A DNA stretch of 64,000 nt, from the NCBI GenBank assembly GCA_016178505.1, contig JACOTG010000079.1:1810-65809 (forward strand), read 5' to 3'. A program made the position numbers and the translations under genes. This DNA is from Planctomycetota bacterium. GTDB taxonomy: Bacteria; Planctomycetota; JACOTG01. Positions 10,110 through 20,737 of this stretch are shown here, piece after piece. Each line of letters begins with the position of its first letter. Position 1 is the first letter of the stretch. The notes below the pieces were generated by a model that saw only the letters and a program-made list of their open reading frames with translations, was not told where the DNA came from and did not search any database.

Positions 10110-13034
10110 TCACGGCACGTCGACGTCGAGCGTCATCTCGTTGCGTCCGTCCACGTCCACGATGCGACTGAGGAGCACTTCTCGTCCGGCGCCCCGCCGC
10201 ACGGTCACTTCGAACGACCCCGCCGCGAGGCCCGACAGCACGATCTCTTTGGCGCCGGGTTCGCCCATTCGATGGCGCCCGTATCTCGGCCACGACGTGG
10301 ACATCGCTTCCACGGACAGGATCGGCGAAGGCTGACCGTCCTTCACGTTCGCCGTGACGCGGATCGAGGTCCCGCTCGAGAACGCGATCTCGCCGAGGTT
10401 CGTCTCGCCGTCACGAAGCTCCACCCCATCGAGGCGAACGGGCGCGAGGAAGTTGGGATCGAGCCAGATCGTGTACGTGCCGGAATCGAACCCGCCGAAC
10501 GTGACCACGGACTCGCTGGTCGCCGAAGCGCCCTGACGAAAAGCGAAGTCGCGGCCCGGCTCGCCTCGAAAGAGCATGAGCTCCATGGAACCGAGTCGCC
10601 GCGCGACCTCCGTTGGAGGGGTGGCTCGAAACGAAAGCGTGTCGCCGCTCTCCATGCGCAAGACGAGGTCCGACGGGCTGTCGCCGGACAGCGTTGCGGT
10701 CCCACCTTCCCGCGCCGGGCGAAGTCGCGGATGGAACGGGCGAACGACGGTGCTCTTGCCAAGGGCTGCGCGCACGCGAAACACGCCGCCCTCGCTCGTG
10801 GTCGCGACTTGCGCGTAGCCCGTAAACCAATCGCGCGAAGCTTCGTCGTCGCGCTTCGCGAGGATCACGATGCCGTCGCGAGGCTGCCCCTCGGGCACCT
10901 CGACCCGGCCGGCGATCCACGCGCAGCGCGAGAGATCGAGGCTCAGCTCCGGCGTCGGCCGTGACGGGGCGATCGTCCCCGCTTCGCTGGTGAGCCCGCT
11001 GTGATCGTCCCGAAGGCGGTACTCGCCCGGCTTGAGATCGTTCACCGACACCGAAATCGTGCCGTCCCGCAGCACGGAAGTGCGCTCCTTGAAATAGTCG
11101 AGGTCCCACGGGGTGACGAAGGGAAGGTCGGGATCTCGGATGAGCAGCACGAGCTTCATCTCCCCGTCCTGAGGTGGCACCACGTGCAGGCGCAGCGTGC
11201 CGCGCGATTGGAGATCGAAGTCGACCGTCGACGGCGATGGGCCGGCAGCGACGAGCAGCGACTTTCCCTGCGTCACGAACCCCGCGGCGGTCAACGTCAA
11301 CGTGGCCGACGCGCCCGGAGCTTTCCCGTCGATGCGACATCGGAGCTCGCCCTTTTCGGGATCTTCGCTCAGCACCACGGGCGAGCCGCGATCCGCGACG
11401 CGTAGATCAAATTCGCCGGGCAAGCCCGGCTTCCCGTTGAGGCGCACGCGCACGAGGAGGTCGCGAGACTCGGGCATGCAGCACGAGAGACGACCGTCGC
11501 CGCTCTCGAGATCGAGCGTGCCCGCGATGACCGAGCTCGACGAGTTTGCGGACCGCGACAGTTGGACCTGGACGTTCTGCGGATAGAGCCCTGCGATCTG
11601 CACGTGTCCCTTCGAGTCCGTCGGCGTCGGGGCGGTCAGCTCGGCGTAACCGTACGGCGGAACCGTGAGCGTCACGAGCACGTCGGGCACGGCACTCCCT
11701 TTCGGATCGAGAACCGTGACATCGACGGACCGCGGCCGGCGGAACGTGACGTCGCTCTCCGGGCCGGTGGGGAGCCTCGCGAGACAGCCATCGGGCGCAA
11801 CGACGGTGTAGCCCACGTGAGGATCGAGCGCGGTGCAGACGAGCTTTTTCCCCCTGAGGGTCGCGCGCGCATTCTCCGGCGACGCACCCACCGCGGAGCC
11901 GCGGCGCAGCGTGACCGGGCCGTCCGTCGCGCCGCGCCCGCATTCCACGTGCTCGACGACGAACTCGCGCTCGGTGAGCCGGCGCGGCACGGGATAGAGA
12001 CGGATCTGGGCCAAGGGGTGCTCGACGTCGGCCTCCGCGTCCACGGAGTCGACCGGACAATCCGTGACGTACATGCCGTCGGCGAAAGCCTTGCACCCTT
12101 CTTTGGTGGCACGCACGACGATCTTCTGATCCCGCCCCAGCCCGGTGACGCGCCACTTTCCGTCGGCGGTGGTCGCCGGCAAGTCGAGGAGAAGATCGCG
12201 CGCCGAAAGGTGCGACGCGCCGAAGCCGCCGATCGGCCGACGGACCCCGTCGTCGCGCGTTTCCTCGAGCACGGCGACGTGAGCGCCGTCGAGCGGCCCG
12301 CCGCTCGCGCCGTCGAGCACTTCGACGCTCATGTCCCAGGTCGGCTGAAGCGCAATCTCTACGGGATTCGCGCACGCAGCCGGGACGCTGGCGTTCACCC
12401 GACCGCGCTCGGATCCAGCGAGCGCGATCACGGCGACGTCTCCGTCGGGAACGTGCTCGATGATGGCGAGCCCGTTCTCGTCGGCCTCGCACTCGCCGAC
12501 GAGAACGCGATCGTCGCTCAGGTACAGACGCTTGCCGCTCCATTCGACGCGCACGATCGCGTGCGGGACCCGCTCGTCCCCGCGCTTCACCGCGACGCGA
12601 AGCGAATGCGACGGATGGACGACGAGCACGCCGAGGTCTTCATGCGTTCGTTGGGCTTGCGGTGGCCAGTTGCGCCTCACTTGCACGGAATACAAGCAGC
12701 AGCTTTGCTCCGCGACCCGACCGTCGGGCGTCACGGCTCGAACGCTGCCCTCCCGCGAACGCGTGGCGTCCGGAATCCCGACGGGAATCTCGAAGCGGCC
12801 GTCGGCGCCGGTCGTCGCCTCTCGGATCGGGAGGCCCAGGAGCGCGATCCTCACCGCGGCGTCGCGCGTGGGAAAGCGGCGCTCGTCCACGACGCGCCCC
12901 GCAAACGTGATCTCGCCGCCGGCCGCCGGCGCGACGCGGGAGCCGCCCGCCCACGCGCGTGGCCCTGCCGCGACGACGATCAGCGCCACGCTCGAGAGCA
13001 TGCGAATGAAGAATATGGGTCCAGACGTGTGCAT
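10110..13034 (-). CDS. Secreted carboxypeptidase-regulatory-like (beta-sandwich repeat) protein, 974 aa
   Basis: Signal peptide; repeated GRVVD...TGADGRF and TDSKGHVQIAGLYP type motifs. Confidence 0.8.
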   Translation of the reverse strand: MHTSGPIFFIRMLSSVALIVVAAGPRAWAGGSRVAPAAGGEITFAGRVVDERRFPTRDAAVRIALLGLPIREATTGADGRFEIPVGIPDATRSREGSVRAVTPDGRVAEQSCCLYSVQVRRNWPPQAQRTHEDLGVLVVHPSHSLRVAVKRGDERVPHAIVRVEWSGKRLYLSDDRVLVGECEADENGLAIIEHVPDGDVAVIALAGSERGRVNASVPAACANPVEIALQPTWDMSVEVLDGASGGPLDGAHVAVLEETRDDGVRRPIGGFGASHLSARDLLLDLPATTADGKWRVTGLGRDQKIVVRATKEGCKAFADGMYVTDCPVDSVDAEADVEHPLAQIRLYPVPRRLTEREFVVEHVECGRGATDGPVTLRRGSAVGASPENARATLRGKKLVCTALDPHVGYTVVAPDGCLARLPTGPESDVTFRRPRSVDVTVLDPKGSAVPDVLVTLTVPPYGYAELTAPTPTDSKGHVQIAGLYPQNVQVQLSRSANSSSSVIAGTLDLESGDGRLSCCMPESRDLLVRVRLNGKPGLPGEFDLRVADRGSPVVLSEDPEKGELRCRIDGKAPGASATLTLTAAGFVTQGKSLLVAAGPSPSTVDFDLQSRGTLRLHVVPPQDGEMKLVLLIRDPDLPFVTPWDLDYFKERTSVLRDGTISVSVNDLKPGEYRLRDDHSGLTSEAGTIAPSRPTPELSLDLSRCAWIAGRVEVPEGQPRDGIVILAKRDDEASRDWFTGYAQVATTSEGGVFRVRAALGKSTVVRPFHPRLRPAREGGTATLSGDSPSDLVLRMESGDTLSFRATPPTEVARRLGSMELMLFRGEPGRDFAFRQGASATSESVVTFGGFDSGTYTIWLDPNFLAPVRLDGVELRDGETNLGEIAFSSGTSIRVTANVKDGQPSPILSVEAMSTSWPRYGRHRMGEPGAKEIVLSGLAAGSFEVTVRRGAGREVLLSRIVDVDGRNEMTLDVDVP

Positions 13035-13130
13035 GTTCGGTCCCCCTTCGCGTTCGTGTCGTTGCTCGACGAATGTTCGCAGAACGCTCGGGGAATGGAC
13101 ATCGCCTCGCTCAGGGAATCGGCGGCTCGC

Positions 13131-13778
13131 TTACATCTCGCCGAGGGCCGCCATCGCCACTCGCGGCGCGTCGGACGTCGGCATTCGCTTCTGCATGTCG
13201 CGGTAATGTGCGACGAGCTCGTCGCGCAGCCCGGCCTTCGCGAGAACGTCGAGCCCGACCGTGTGCGCAGGGTCGAAAAACTTGAGCATCGCAAAGAGCA
13301 ACCGCTCTTCCGTGAACTCCCACTTCGCGCGGTTGGCGAGCCACGTCCACAGTGCGCCCTCGTCGCCGCGGATGTCGTTTGCGAACCGCTCCCACAGCGC
13401 CGAAGCTGCCTGCTTCGCGTCGTCGGAGTCGGCGGACGAATTCTCGATCTCACGACAAAGCCAATCGACCGCTCCGGGATTTCGGTCGTGACACAGCGAG
13501 AAGCTCGAATAATCGCTGAGAAGGAAGCGTCGAGGAAGAGCGCTCGAGGGATTGGACTCGGTGAGGGCGAGCGCGTGCAACCGCGCGTCTTCTTCCTGCG
13601 CCGTTTCATTTCGTCCGCGGTAGTACTCGGCCCGCTCGCGCCAGTACGCCGGGTCGTCGGCCGATTTCCGCTCCGCTTCTCGGATGCACCCCTCGATGAA
13701 GCGCGCGCCGCTCGCGAGCTGCGTTTGCCCCGCGATCACTGCAGAGAGCGCGTCCGCGTAACGCCGCCGTAAAAACAT
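13131..13778 (-). CDS. Hypothetical helical (TPR-like) protein, possibly a gene fragment
   Basis: 215-aa ORF with protein-like composition filling the gap between co-oriented genes; start uncertain. Confidence 0.45.
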   Translation of the reverse strand: MFLRRRYADALSAVIAGQTQLASGARFIEGCIREAERKSADDPAYWRERAEYYRGRNETAQEEDARLHALALTESNPSSALPRRFLLSDYSSFSLCHDRNPGAVDWLCREIENSSADSDDAKQAASALWERFANDIRGDEGALWTWLANRAKWEFTEERLLFAMLKFFDPAHTVGLDVLAKAGLRDELVAHYRDMQKRMPTSDAPRVAMAALGEM

Positions 13779-13876
13779 AGGCCGTGACTCCCCCCAACGC
13801 GCGGAAGTGGTGCACGCCTGCGGAGACGGCGGTTCATCTACTCGGGCCCGGCGCGCTGACGGTTCGCGTCGCGTCG

Positions 13877-15049
13877 CTATTTCGGCTCGAGCCCGGCGGC
13901 GCGAAGCGCTTTGCGCAATGCCTTCTCGTCGAAGCCGACGCCGCGCCAGAGAACGCTGCCGTCTTTTCCGATGAGGTAGTTCGTCGGGAACGTGCTGATG
14001 CCGAGCTTCAGAACGTTCGCGTCGTCACGTGGAACGGCGATGGTGTCCCACGAGTACTTCCCCGCTTTCCAGTGATCGAGGATCGCCGGCGCGGCATCGA
14101 GCCCGGGGTTCACCGAGAAGACGACGAAGTCCTGCGACGCGAGATCGCGGCTCAGCTCGGCGAGGTGTGGAAACTCCACACGGCACGTACTTCAGTGCGA
14201 GAACCAGAAGTTCAGGAGCACGATCTTGCCGCGGTAGTCGGAGAGCTTCAGACGTTTGCCGGCCGTCGGCGAGTCGCCGCCGATGTCGGGCGCGGCGGCG
14301 CGCACTGCGAGGAGGATTTCTTCGGGGCTCTTCGTGCCGTCGACCTCGACCGCGGCCGCGGGGCGACGAAACACGAACGTCTCCGCGTCGAGCTTCGGCG
14401 ATGCGTCGATCGAGCGAACGTCGAACTCGAGATGCGCGCCGTCGCTGCCGGCACCGATGTCCTCCACGATTCGTCGAATGGCGCCCGTCTTCGTCGAGAT
14501 CGAAAGCGACAGTACGTCGTTCGGCATCTTCATCGTGACGACGGTGCATGCCTCGCCGGCCACGTCTGCCTCCGACGTCGTTGCGCTCCCGAGCCGGTCT
14601 TTCCACGGCGCAGCGGTCTTGCCCGCGACGATCGCCGGCGCGTCGAAGTACGCCTGCGTGAACAAGGCCAACCCGGTTCCGGCGAGCTGGAGGATCGGTG
14701 CGGCGTCCGGCTCGATCGGCGTCGCCGAGTACGACTTCGATCCCTCGAAGTACGTCCAGAATTGCTTGCCGTCCGCGAGGCAGAAGATGCCGCCTTTGCC
14801 TCCGCCGGGATAGACGAAGTCGTAGCGCGCGAACGACGGACGCTTCATCGCGAACTGAAGCGTGAGATGATCCGCGGGCTGATCGCCGAACTTCTGCGAG
14901 CACTCGCCGGCGACGCGCACGGCATCGGCCTTCGCGAACGAGGCGAGCATCGCATCGAGCGCCGCGGACGCCGGCGGCGCTGATGGGCCCTCGGCGTGCG
15001 CGCCGACCGCGACCCCGAGCACGGCGCACGTGATCCACACTCGCGTCAT
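13877..15049 (-). CDS. Putative secreted selenoprotein: LolA/DUF2092-like domain plus TlpA-like thioredoxin domain with U-x-x-C
   Basis: ORFs 14192-15277 and 13877-14179 are in one frame, separated only by TGA (14192-14194): KLSDYRGKIVLLNFWFSH*STCRVEFPHL...FPTNYLIGKDG; signal peptide from ATG 15049; 390 aa with readthrough. Confidence 0.85.
14165..14194 (-). promoter_or_regulatory. Candidate bacterial SECIS element
   Basis: UGA, then 10 nt, then the hairpin GUGUGGA-GUU-UCCACAC (7-bp stem, G first in the loop). Confidence 0.7.
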
Positions 15050-15169
15050 CCTGGACGCCCCTACGCTTCGCATTTCGAACGGCCTCGAGAGTCGCGAACG
15101 AGTTCGGCTCTTCGAAAGGTAGGCCGCGAGGCGCATTCCGGATTCGAATGATTTGGTTTCTCGTGCGAC

Positions 15170-15590
15170 GTCGACCCATGCGTTCGAGCGCGTTGCCGCG
15201 GTTTCCCAGCACTCCGATGCGGTTCTTGGCGTCCGGCAATCGAGCGAACATGGGCTCGGCACGGTCGCAGGCTGCAAGGGCTTCCGGATAGCGGCGGAGC
15301 CGGCACAGTGCAGTCGAGCGATCGTGATCGATGTGCCTCAGGTTCGTTTCGAGGTGGCAGAGCGTCGCCGCGCAATCGAGCTCGTGAAAAGCTTCTTCGT
15401 CCCGATGCATCTCAGTGAGGATAGCCCCGCGGGCGCACGCGGGCGCGCCCACGTCCTCGTCGGACCGCAGGTCTCCGTCGAGGGCCTCCTCGTTTCGTCC
15501 GAGAGCGACGAGGGCCGCAGCGCGATTGTGCTGCACCCGAACGCGGTTCAACTCCAAGTCACGATCCTCGCGAGTGTGTGCGAAGAGGGA
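15170..15590 (-). pseudogene. TPR-repeat gene fragment (like the N-termini of CHAT/TPR proteins)
   Basis: HNRAAALVALGRNEEAL...RLRRYPEALAACDRAEPMF...VLGNRGNALERMGR, then the sequence loses protein character. Confidence 0.55.
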
Positions 15591-15593
15591 TGG

Positions 15594-18500
15594 CTATTGA
15601 ATGCGCAGCAGCACGGCGTTCGTCACGCTGAAGCCCGTCGAGTTGCCCGCGCCGAGGTCGCGGACGAGCCCCTGCATGAGGAACGCAGATGTCCGTCCGA
15701 CTCCGCTCGCGCGATTGATCGACCATGGCACGGTCGGCGGCGCGTGCAGCTCGGTCACGCCGCGGCACAGGATCGTCGGCAGCGTCGAGCTTCGCAGGCA
15801 GCGGAAAGGCTGCGGGCTCAACGACCCGTTGAGCGGCGTCGGGTCGACGACGTGACCGAGCGTGGCGCCGTGTGCGGAGAGATCGTGCGGACTCGCGCTC
15901 GCGCCGCGCCAGACCCAAAGGACGTATCGGCCGCCCGTCGCCGGGCCCGCCGGCGATGGATCCATCGCCAGCGTGATCGGCGCGCCGATCGCGACGTCGA
16001 CCTCGCGCGTCGCGCCGGTTCCCGCCGAGCCGTTCACGAAGAAGACGTCGGCGCGGCCGCTGCCGCAGACGTTCACGTCGCCGACGCGCGCGGCCGTCAC
16101 GCGATCGAGATAGGCGTAGCTCGCGGGGAGCGCCCCGCTGCCGTTCGAGTTCGTCACCGTCACGTCGACCGTGCCGCTCCCCGCCGGCGTGCGAACGGTG
16201 ATGCGATCCGGTGTGACGGCCAGCACCGTGCCCGGCGTCGAGCCGAACAGCACCGTCGTGTCGCCGACGTTCGTGAAGTTGCAGCCGGCGATCTTGAGGA
16301 CGTCGTCGCCGTCTTCCGATCCGTCGTTCGGCCGCACCGAGACGATCGTCACGTCGCCGACCGAGACGGCGAACGAGCACGAGGCCGAGTTGCCCTGCGC
16401 GTCTGTCGCGGTGCAGTTCACGGTGGTCATGCCGATCGGGAAGAGGCTTCCGGAACTCGGACTGCACGAAACAACGGGGCTCGCGTCGCACGCGTCCGGG
16501 GCGCTCGTGGAGAAGGTTACGATCGCGCCGCTCGAGCTTTGGCACTCGGCGTCGATGAGCGGTGGGCACGAAATCGACGGCGCCGTCGTGTCGCGCACCG
16601 TCACCGTGAACATGCACGTCCGAGTGTTCGCGGGGCTCGCGTGATCGCTCGCCGTGCACGTCACCGTCGTCGGGCCGAACGCGAACGTGCTGCCGGAGAC
16701 GGGCACGCACGAAACCGTGGGGCTCGCGTCGCAGGCATCCGTCGCGCTTGGGGTCGAGTAGTTCACCACCGCGCCCGACGCGCTCGTGCACTCCGCGTCG
16801 ACGCTCGCCGGGCACGTCATCGCCGGCGCCGTCGCGTCGCGGACCGTCACCGTCGAGGTGCATGACGCCGTGTTGCCGTGGCCGTCGTTTACCGTCAGCG
16901 TCACCGTGTTCGCGCCGATGTTCGAGCACGTGAACGCGCTCGGGACGACCGAAACGAGGTTCACGGTGCCGCAGTTGTCTGCGCCCGAGGCGAAGATCTG
17001 CGCGGGCATGATCGCCACGTTGCCCATCGCATCGAGATCCACCGTGATGTCCTGACAATTCACCGTCGGGGGGACGTTGTCGATGACCGTCACGGTCGCG
17101 GTGCACGTCGCCGCGTTACCGTGGCCGTCGTTCACCATCAGCGTCACGGTGTTCGCCCCGAGGTTCGAGCAGGTGAACGTGCTCGGCGTGACCGACTGCA
17201 AGTTCACCGAGCCGCAATTGTCGGAGCCCGAAGCGAAGACCTGGGCCGGCATGACGGCCGCATTGCCGCTGCCATCCAGAAAGACCGTCGCGTTCTGGCA
17301 AATGACGCTCGGCGGGATGTTGTCGACGACCGTGACGGTCGAGTTGCACGTGGCGAAGTTTCCTACGATGTCGGTCACGGTGAGCGTCACCGTGTTCGCG
17401 CCGAGGTTCGAACAATCGAACGTGTTCGGAGCGACGGCGAGGGTCGCGACCTGGCAATTGTCCGTGCTGCCGTTGTCGACCTGCGCCGCGGTGATCGAGG
17501 CGTGCCCGGTCGCGTCGAGGTCGACGCTGATGTTGCGACAGATCGGCGTCGGCGAGATCTGCTCCACGCGAACCTGAACGTCGGTCGCCGAGTAGAGCGT
17601 CTCGAGGATGCAGTCCGGATAGCCGATCACGTCCACGCCCGAGAACGTGCCCGTGCGCGTCGCCGCGCTGAGCACGGTGAACGATTGGCCAGGGACCGGC
17701 ACGAAGCCGTTCACGAAGGTCACCTGCAACGTCCCCGTGAGCGTGGCGGCTCCCGTCACGTCGACTCGATCGTGCTGTGTCCCGGGCGTGGTGCCGCCGA
17801 TCTCGATCTCGAGCCGGCCGGTCGCGGTCTGTGGGTATGGACCCGTGAACGTCTCGATCCCGATCGGCGAGCCGGGCCGCACGATCGCCGCATTCGAGAA
17901 GGTCGTGCCCGCACTGTCGATGGTGCCGTTTCCGCTGATGATGCCGCTGCCGCTGTTGGTCAGGGTGCCTCCATTGACGTCGAGGACGCGCCCCGCCGAG
18001 ATCGCAATCGTGCCGGCGTTGTCGAACGTCGGCGTCGTCGTCGATTGCGTGACGATGAGGTTGCCGCCCACGATGTCGATCTCGCCGCTCGATTCGTTGA
18101 CGTGGTCGGCCGAGGCCTTGTTGATCGTGACCGGAAACTGGATGTCGACCCGGCCCCGGTTGTCGAGCTGAGCCGTGAGAGTCCGCGTTCCCGTCGTGCC
18201 GGCGGGAAACGAGATCAATCCGTCGGTCTGATTCACGAGCGATCCGGCCGACACCGTGAGCGTCACGTCTCCCGCGAGAGCCGACGCATTGACCAGCCGA
18301 ATCTCTCCGTGGTTGGTGAGCGTCGTGCCGTCGGCGACGGTCAGGGAAACTGTTCCGAACCCGGATCCTCCCTCGAAACTCAGGAGCGCGCCGGATCGAT
18401 TGTCGAAGGACGAGTTGATCCGGAGGTTGGAGCCTCCGCGGATCACGTAGGTCGCGCCGGAGTCGTTGACCACGGGGGCATTCATGCGTCCGCCGGTTTG

Positions 18501-20267
18501 CGTGATCACCGTTTGGTTCGTGAGCGTAGCGAGCCCGCTCACGTCGGCGCAGTTTCGGAATTTCAGCTCGGCCAGCGTGTTCGTGAAGGGGACGTTCACG
18601 TTCGCGAGCGAGAGGCCGTTGAAGTCCAGCGTGCCCGCGCCCGTGATCGAGCCGCCGGCGGCGAACGTGAACGTCCCGGAAGCGCCCAAGTTGGGGACGG
18701 TCGCCACGGTGGCCGCCCCGGCAATCGTGATCGCGCCCGAGTTCGTCACCACGTTGCCCAGCATGTTGATGTTCAACGTGCCGCCGCTGACGTCGATCTG
18801 CCCGGTATTCACGTTATTGGTGCTGCCGGAGAGCGGCTCCCAGCTCGCATTCCGGTCGACGTCGAATAGGCCCTGATTGTCGAGCGCTGCCACGAGGCGA
18901 CGATTCGTTCCGGCCGTCACCGGCACGCGAATGACGCCATCGGGGGCGTTGACGAGCGTTCCGGCGGATACTTGGAGGACGTCGAAGCTGGAGGCGCTGC
19001 CGAGCTCGATCGTTCCATGGTTGGTAAAACCGCTCGCGATCAGGAGCGTCGTGCCGACCGTTGCCGAGAGTTCGAGCGTCGCGCCGGCCTGGTTCGAGAA
19101 GCCGCCATCGAACCGGGCGTCGGTGAGCGGCGCGTCGACCGTGAGATGGCCCCCACTGGAGTTGACGAGCGCACAGTTCACGTCAACGCCGTTCATCAGT
19201 ACGTCCGTCGGATTGGTGAGCGTGCCCGGACCGTTCACGACCGTCCCGATCATTTGCGCCTGCAGTGCGGCGATCGTGCAGCTCTGTCCGAGATTCCACG
19301 TCAGATCGCCGATTTGCAGGCTTCCGCTTCCGGACATCGAACCCCCGTCCCATTGGAAGATCGTGTTCGTGCCGCCGCCCCCGGCGTGGTCGATGGACAG
19401 CGTCGCGCCCGCAGCAATGGAGATCGTGCCCGTGTTCGTGAAGGTCGTCGGCCCCGGGTTCGCACCGTTGACCAGGTTTATCGACGCCGTTCCTGCGTTC
19501 ACGAAGATGGAGCCCGAGTTCGAGTGAACGGCATCGACTCGAGTGATCGTCGTCGTGGCAGCGAGGTTGATGACGCCCCGATTGTCGATCGACGCCGTGA
19601 GGAGGCGCGTTCCGCCGGCGCCGACGAGCGAGTTCACGACACCGCTCGACGAGTTCGTGAGCGTGCCGTTGTTCACCGTCAGAGTCGAGCTGAAGACCGA
19701 GCCGCTGGTCATCTCGAGCGTGCCATCGTTCGTGATGCTGCCGTCGAACGTCAGGGTCACCGGCGCCGACGCGCTCGACTGGACTCGAAAAACGCCGCCG
19801 ACCGCATTCGTGAAGGAGCCGTTCACGTCGACGTTGGCATTGCTGAGCCGCGCCACGAACAGCCCCGAGTTCGTGAACGCGGCGTTGATCGTGAGCGCGT
19901 TCACGCTGGCCGACTGATGCTCGAACACTCCGTGCGTCCCCACGGAGCTCGCGGTCGGGCCATTCAGGGTGAACGTGCGGCCTGCGGGAACGACGAACGT
20001 CTGCGTTCCGCTTCCCCCGCCGAGAACGAGCGAGATGACCGCCACGTTCGCGTCCAGCGTGACCGTGTAGTCTCCGTCGAGTACGATCATGCACTCGTCG
20101 GACGGCGCCGGTACCCCGCCGCCCCAGTGCGCGGCATTGTTCCAATTGCCGCCGGCCGGATTGGTCCAGACGCGCGTGATGGCGAGCGCCTCTGCCGACC
20201 CGAGCACGACGAGACCGCACGCTGCGAGCAGGCTCACGAACGCGAATCTCTTCCCCGATGCGAGCAT
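15594..20267 (-). CDS. Large secreted surface protein (1557 aa): beta-helix-like N/G/T-rich region, HYR-like repeats, IPT/TIG domain, conserved C-terminal domain
   Basis: Signal peptide; WTNPAGGNWNNAAHW start; three ~80-aa repeats (C..I.V.LD..G...DNC...TF.CSNLGANTVTL.V.D..GN...C...VTV.D) plus two HYR repeats; IPT motif. Confidence 0.88.
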   Translation of the reverse strand: MLASGKRFAFVSLLAACGLVVLGSAEALAITRVWTNPAGGNWNNAAHWGGGVPAPSDECMIVLDGDYTVTLDANVAVISLVLGGGSGTQTFVVPAGRTFTLNGPTASSVGTHGVFEHQSASVNALTINAAFTNSGLFVARLSNANVDVNGSFTNAVGGVFRVQSSASAPVTLTFDGSITNDGTLEMTSGSVFSSTLTVNNGTLTNSSSGVVNSLVGAGGTRLLTASIDNRGVINLAATTTITRVDAVHSNSGSIFVNAGTASINLVNGANPGPTTFTNTGTISIAAGATLSIDHAGGGGTNTIFQWDGGSMSGSGSLQIGDLTWNLGQSCTIAALQAQMIGTVVNGPGTLTNPTDVLMNGVDVNCALVNSSGGHLTVDAPLTDARFDGGFSNQAGATLELSATVGTTLLIASGFTNHGTIELGSASSFDVLQVSAGTLVNAPDGVIRVPVTAGTNRRLVAALDNQGLFDVDRNASWEPLSGSTNNVNTGQIDVSGGTLNINMLGNVVTNSGAITIAGAATVATVPNLGASGTFTFAAGGSITGAGTLDFNGLSLANVNVPFTNTLAELKFRNCADVSGLATLTNQTVITQTGGRMNAPVVNDSGATYVIRGGSNLRINSSFDNRSGALLSFEGGSGFGTVSLTVADGTTLTNHGEIRLVNASALAGDVTLTVSAGSLVNQTDGLISFPAGTTGTRTLTAQLDNRGRVDIQFPVTINKASADHVNESSGEIDIVGGNLIVTQSTTTPTFDNAGTIAISAGRVLDVNGGTLTNSGSGIISGNGTIDSAGTTFSNAAIVRPGSPIGIETFTGPYPQTATGRLEIEIGGTTPGTQHDRVDVTGAATLTGTLQVTFVNGFVPVPGQSFTVLSAATRTGTFSGVDVIGYPDCILETLYSATDVQVRVEQISPTPICRNISVDLDATGHASITAAQVDNGSTDNCQVATLAVAPNTFDCSNLGANTVTLTVTDIVGNFATCNSTVTVVDNIPPSVICQNATVFLDGSGNAAVMPAQVFASGSDNCGSVNLQSVTPSTFTCSNLGANTVTLMVNDGHGNAATCTATVTVIDNVPPTVNCQDITVDLDAMGNVAIMPAQIFASGADNCGTVNLVSVVPSAFTCSNIGANTVTLTVNDGHGNTASCTSTVTVRDATAPAMTCPASVDAECTSASGAVVNYSTPSATDACDASPTVSCVPVSGSTFAFGPTTVTCTASDHASPANTRTCMFTVTVRDTTAPSISCPPLIDAECQSSSGAIVTFSTSAPDACDASPVVSCSPSSGSLFPIGMTTVNCTATDAQGNSASCSFAVSVGDVTIVSVRPNDGSEDGDDVLKIAGCNFTNVGDTTVLFGSTPGTVLAVTPDRITVRTPAGSGTVDVTVTNSNGSGALPASYAYLDRVTAARVGDVNVCGSGRADVFFVNGSAGTGATREVDVAIGAPITLAMDPSPAGPATGGRYVLWVWRGASASPHDLSAHGATLGHVVDPTPLNGSLSPQPFRCLRSSTLPTILCRGVTELHAPPTVPWSINRASGVGRTSAFLMQGLVRDLGAGNSTGFSVTNAVLLRIQ

Positions 20268-20737
20268 GGATGATCCCTTCCCTTCGTTCCGGAAGCCGCA
20301 CTCTCTCCCGCGCCGGACTCGATGCCTCGGCGGGAGAAGACCCTTGCGTCGTTCCCAAGGCGCAAGATCGCCCGCTCGCGTTGCGGTTCAAATTGATCGG
20401 ATGCGGGACGGGAGTGGCCGGACTTCGCCGGGGGCGCGTCCGTCGCGCGTCACGCGGCCACACCCGCGATGCCGTCTTCCGACTCGACGCGCCGGAACGC
20501 ATCGAAGTCGGAGGACTTCAAGGAGAAGGTCGCGAGAGCGTCCCAGTCCGCGCGGAAGGAAAAAACCTTCGCGGTCCCGTTGGCTTCGAGGCGGCGCCAG
20601 ACCCAATCACCGGCCCGAGTCTCTTCGTCGTCGGGGACGGCGGCGGAGGGCGATATCGCGGCGGCCGCGTGCAGAATCGCGAAGCGCAGTTTGGCGAAGG
20701 GAAGAGGCCCAAGACCGCGCCGAATCGTCGCGCAGCG

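Noticed and set aside
11562-13772. Long antisense or alternate-frame ORFs (e.g. 11562-13772, 16878-18869, 22877-24958, 2348-4303)
   Set aside because: Arg/Ala/Gly-rich shadow frames of real genes in high-GC DNA with no motifs
15170-15596. Readthrough of the TAG ending the 1557-aa gene into the in-frame TPR fragment (pyrrolysine-like)
   Set aside because: The paralogous C-terminal domain ends at the equivalent position (VTNAVIVRVHE*), so TAG is the true end; the shared frame is a 1-in-3 coincidence
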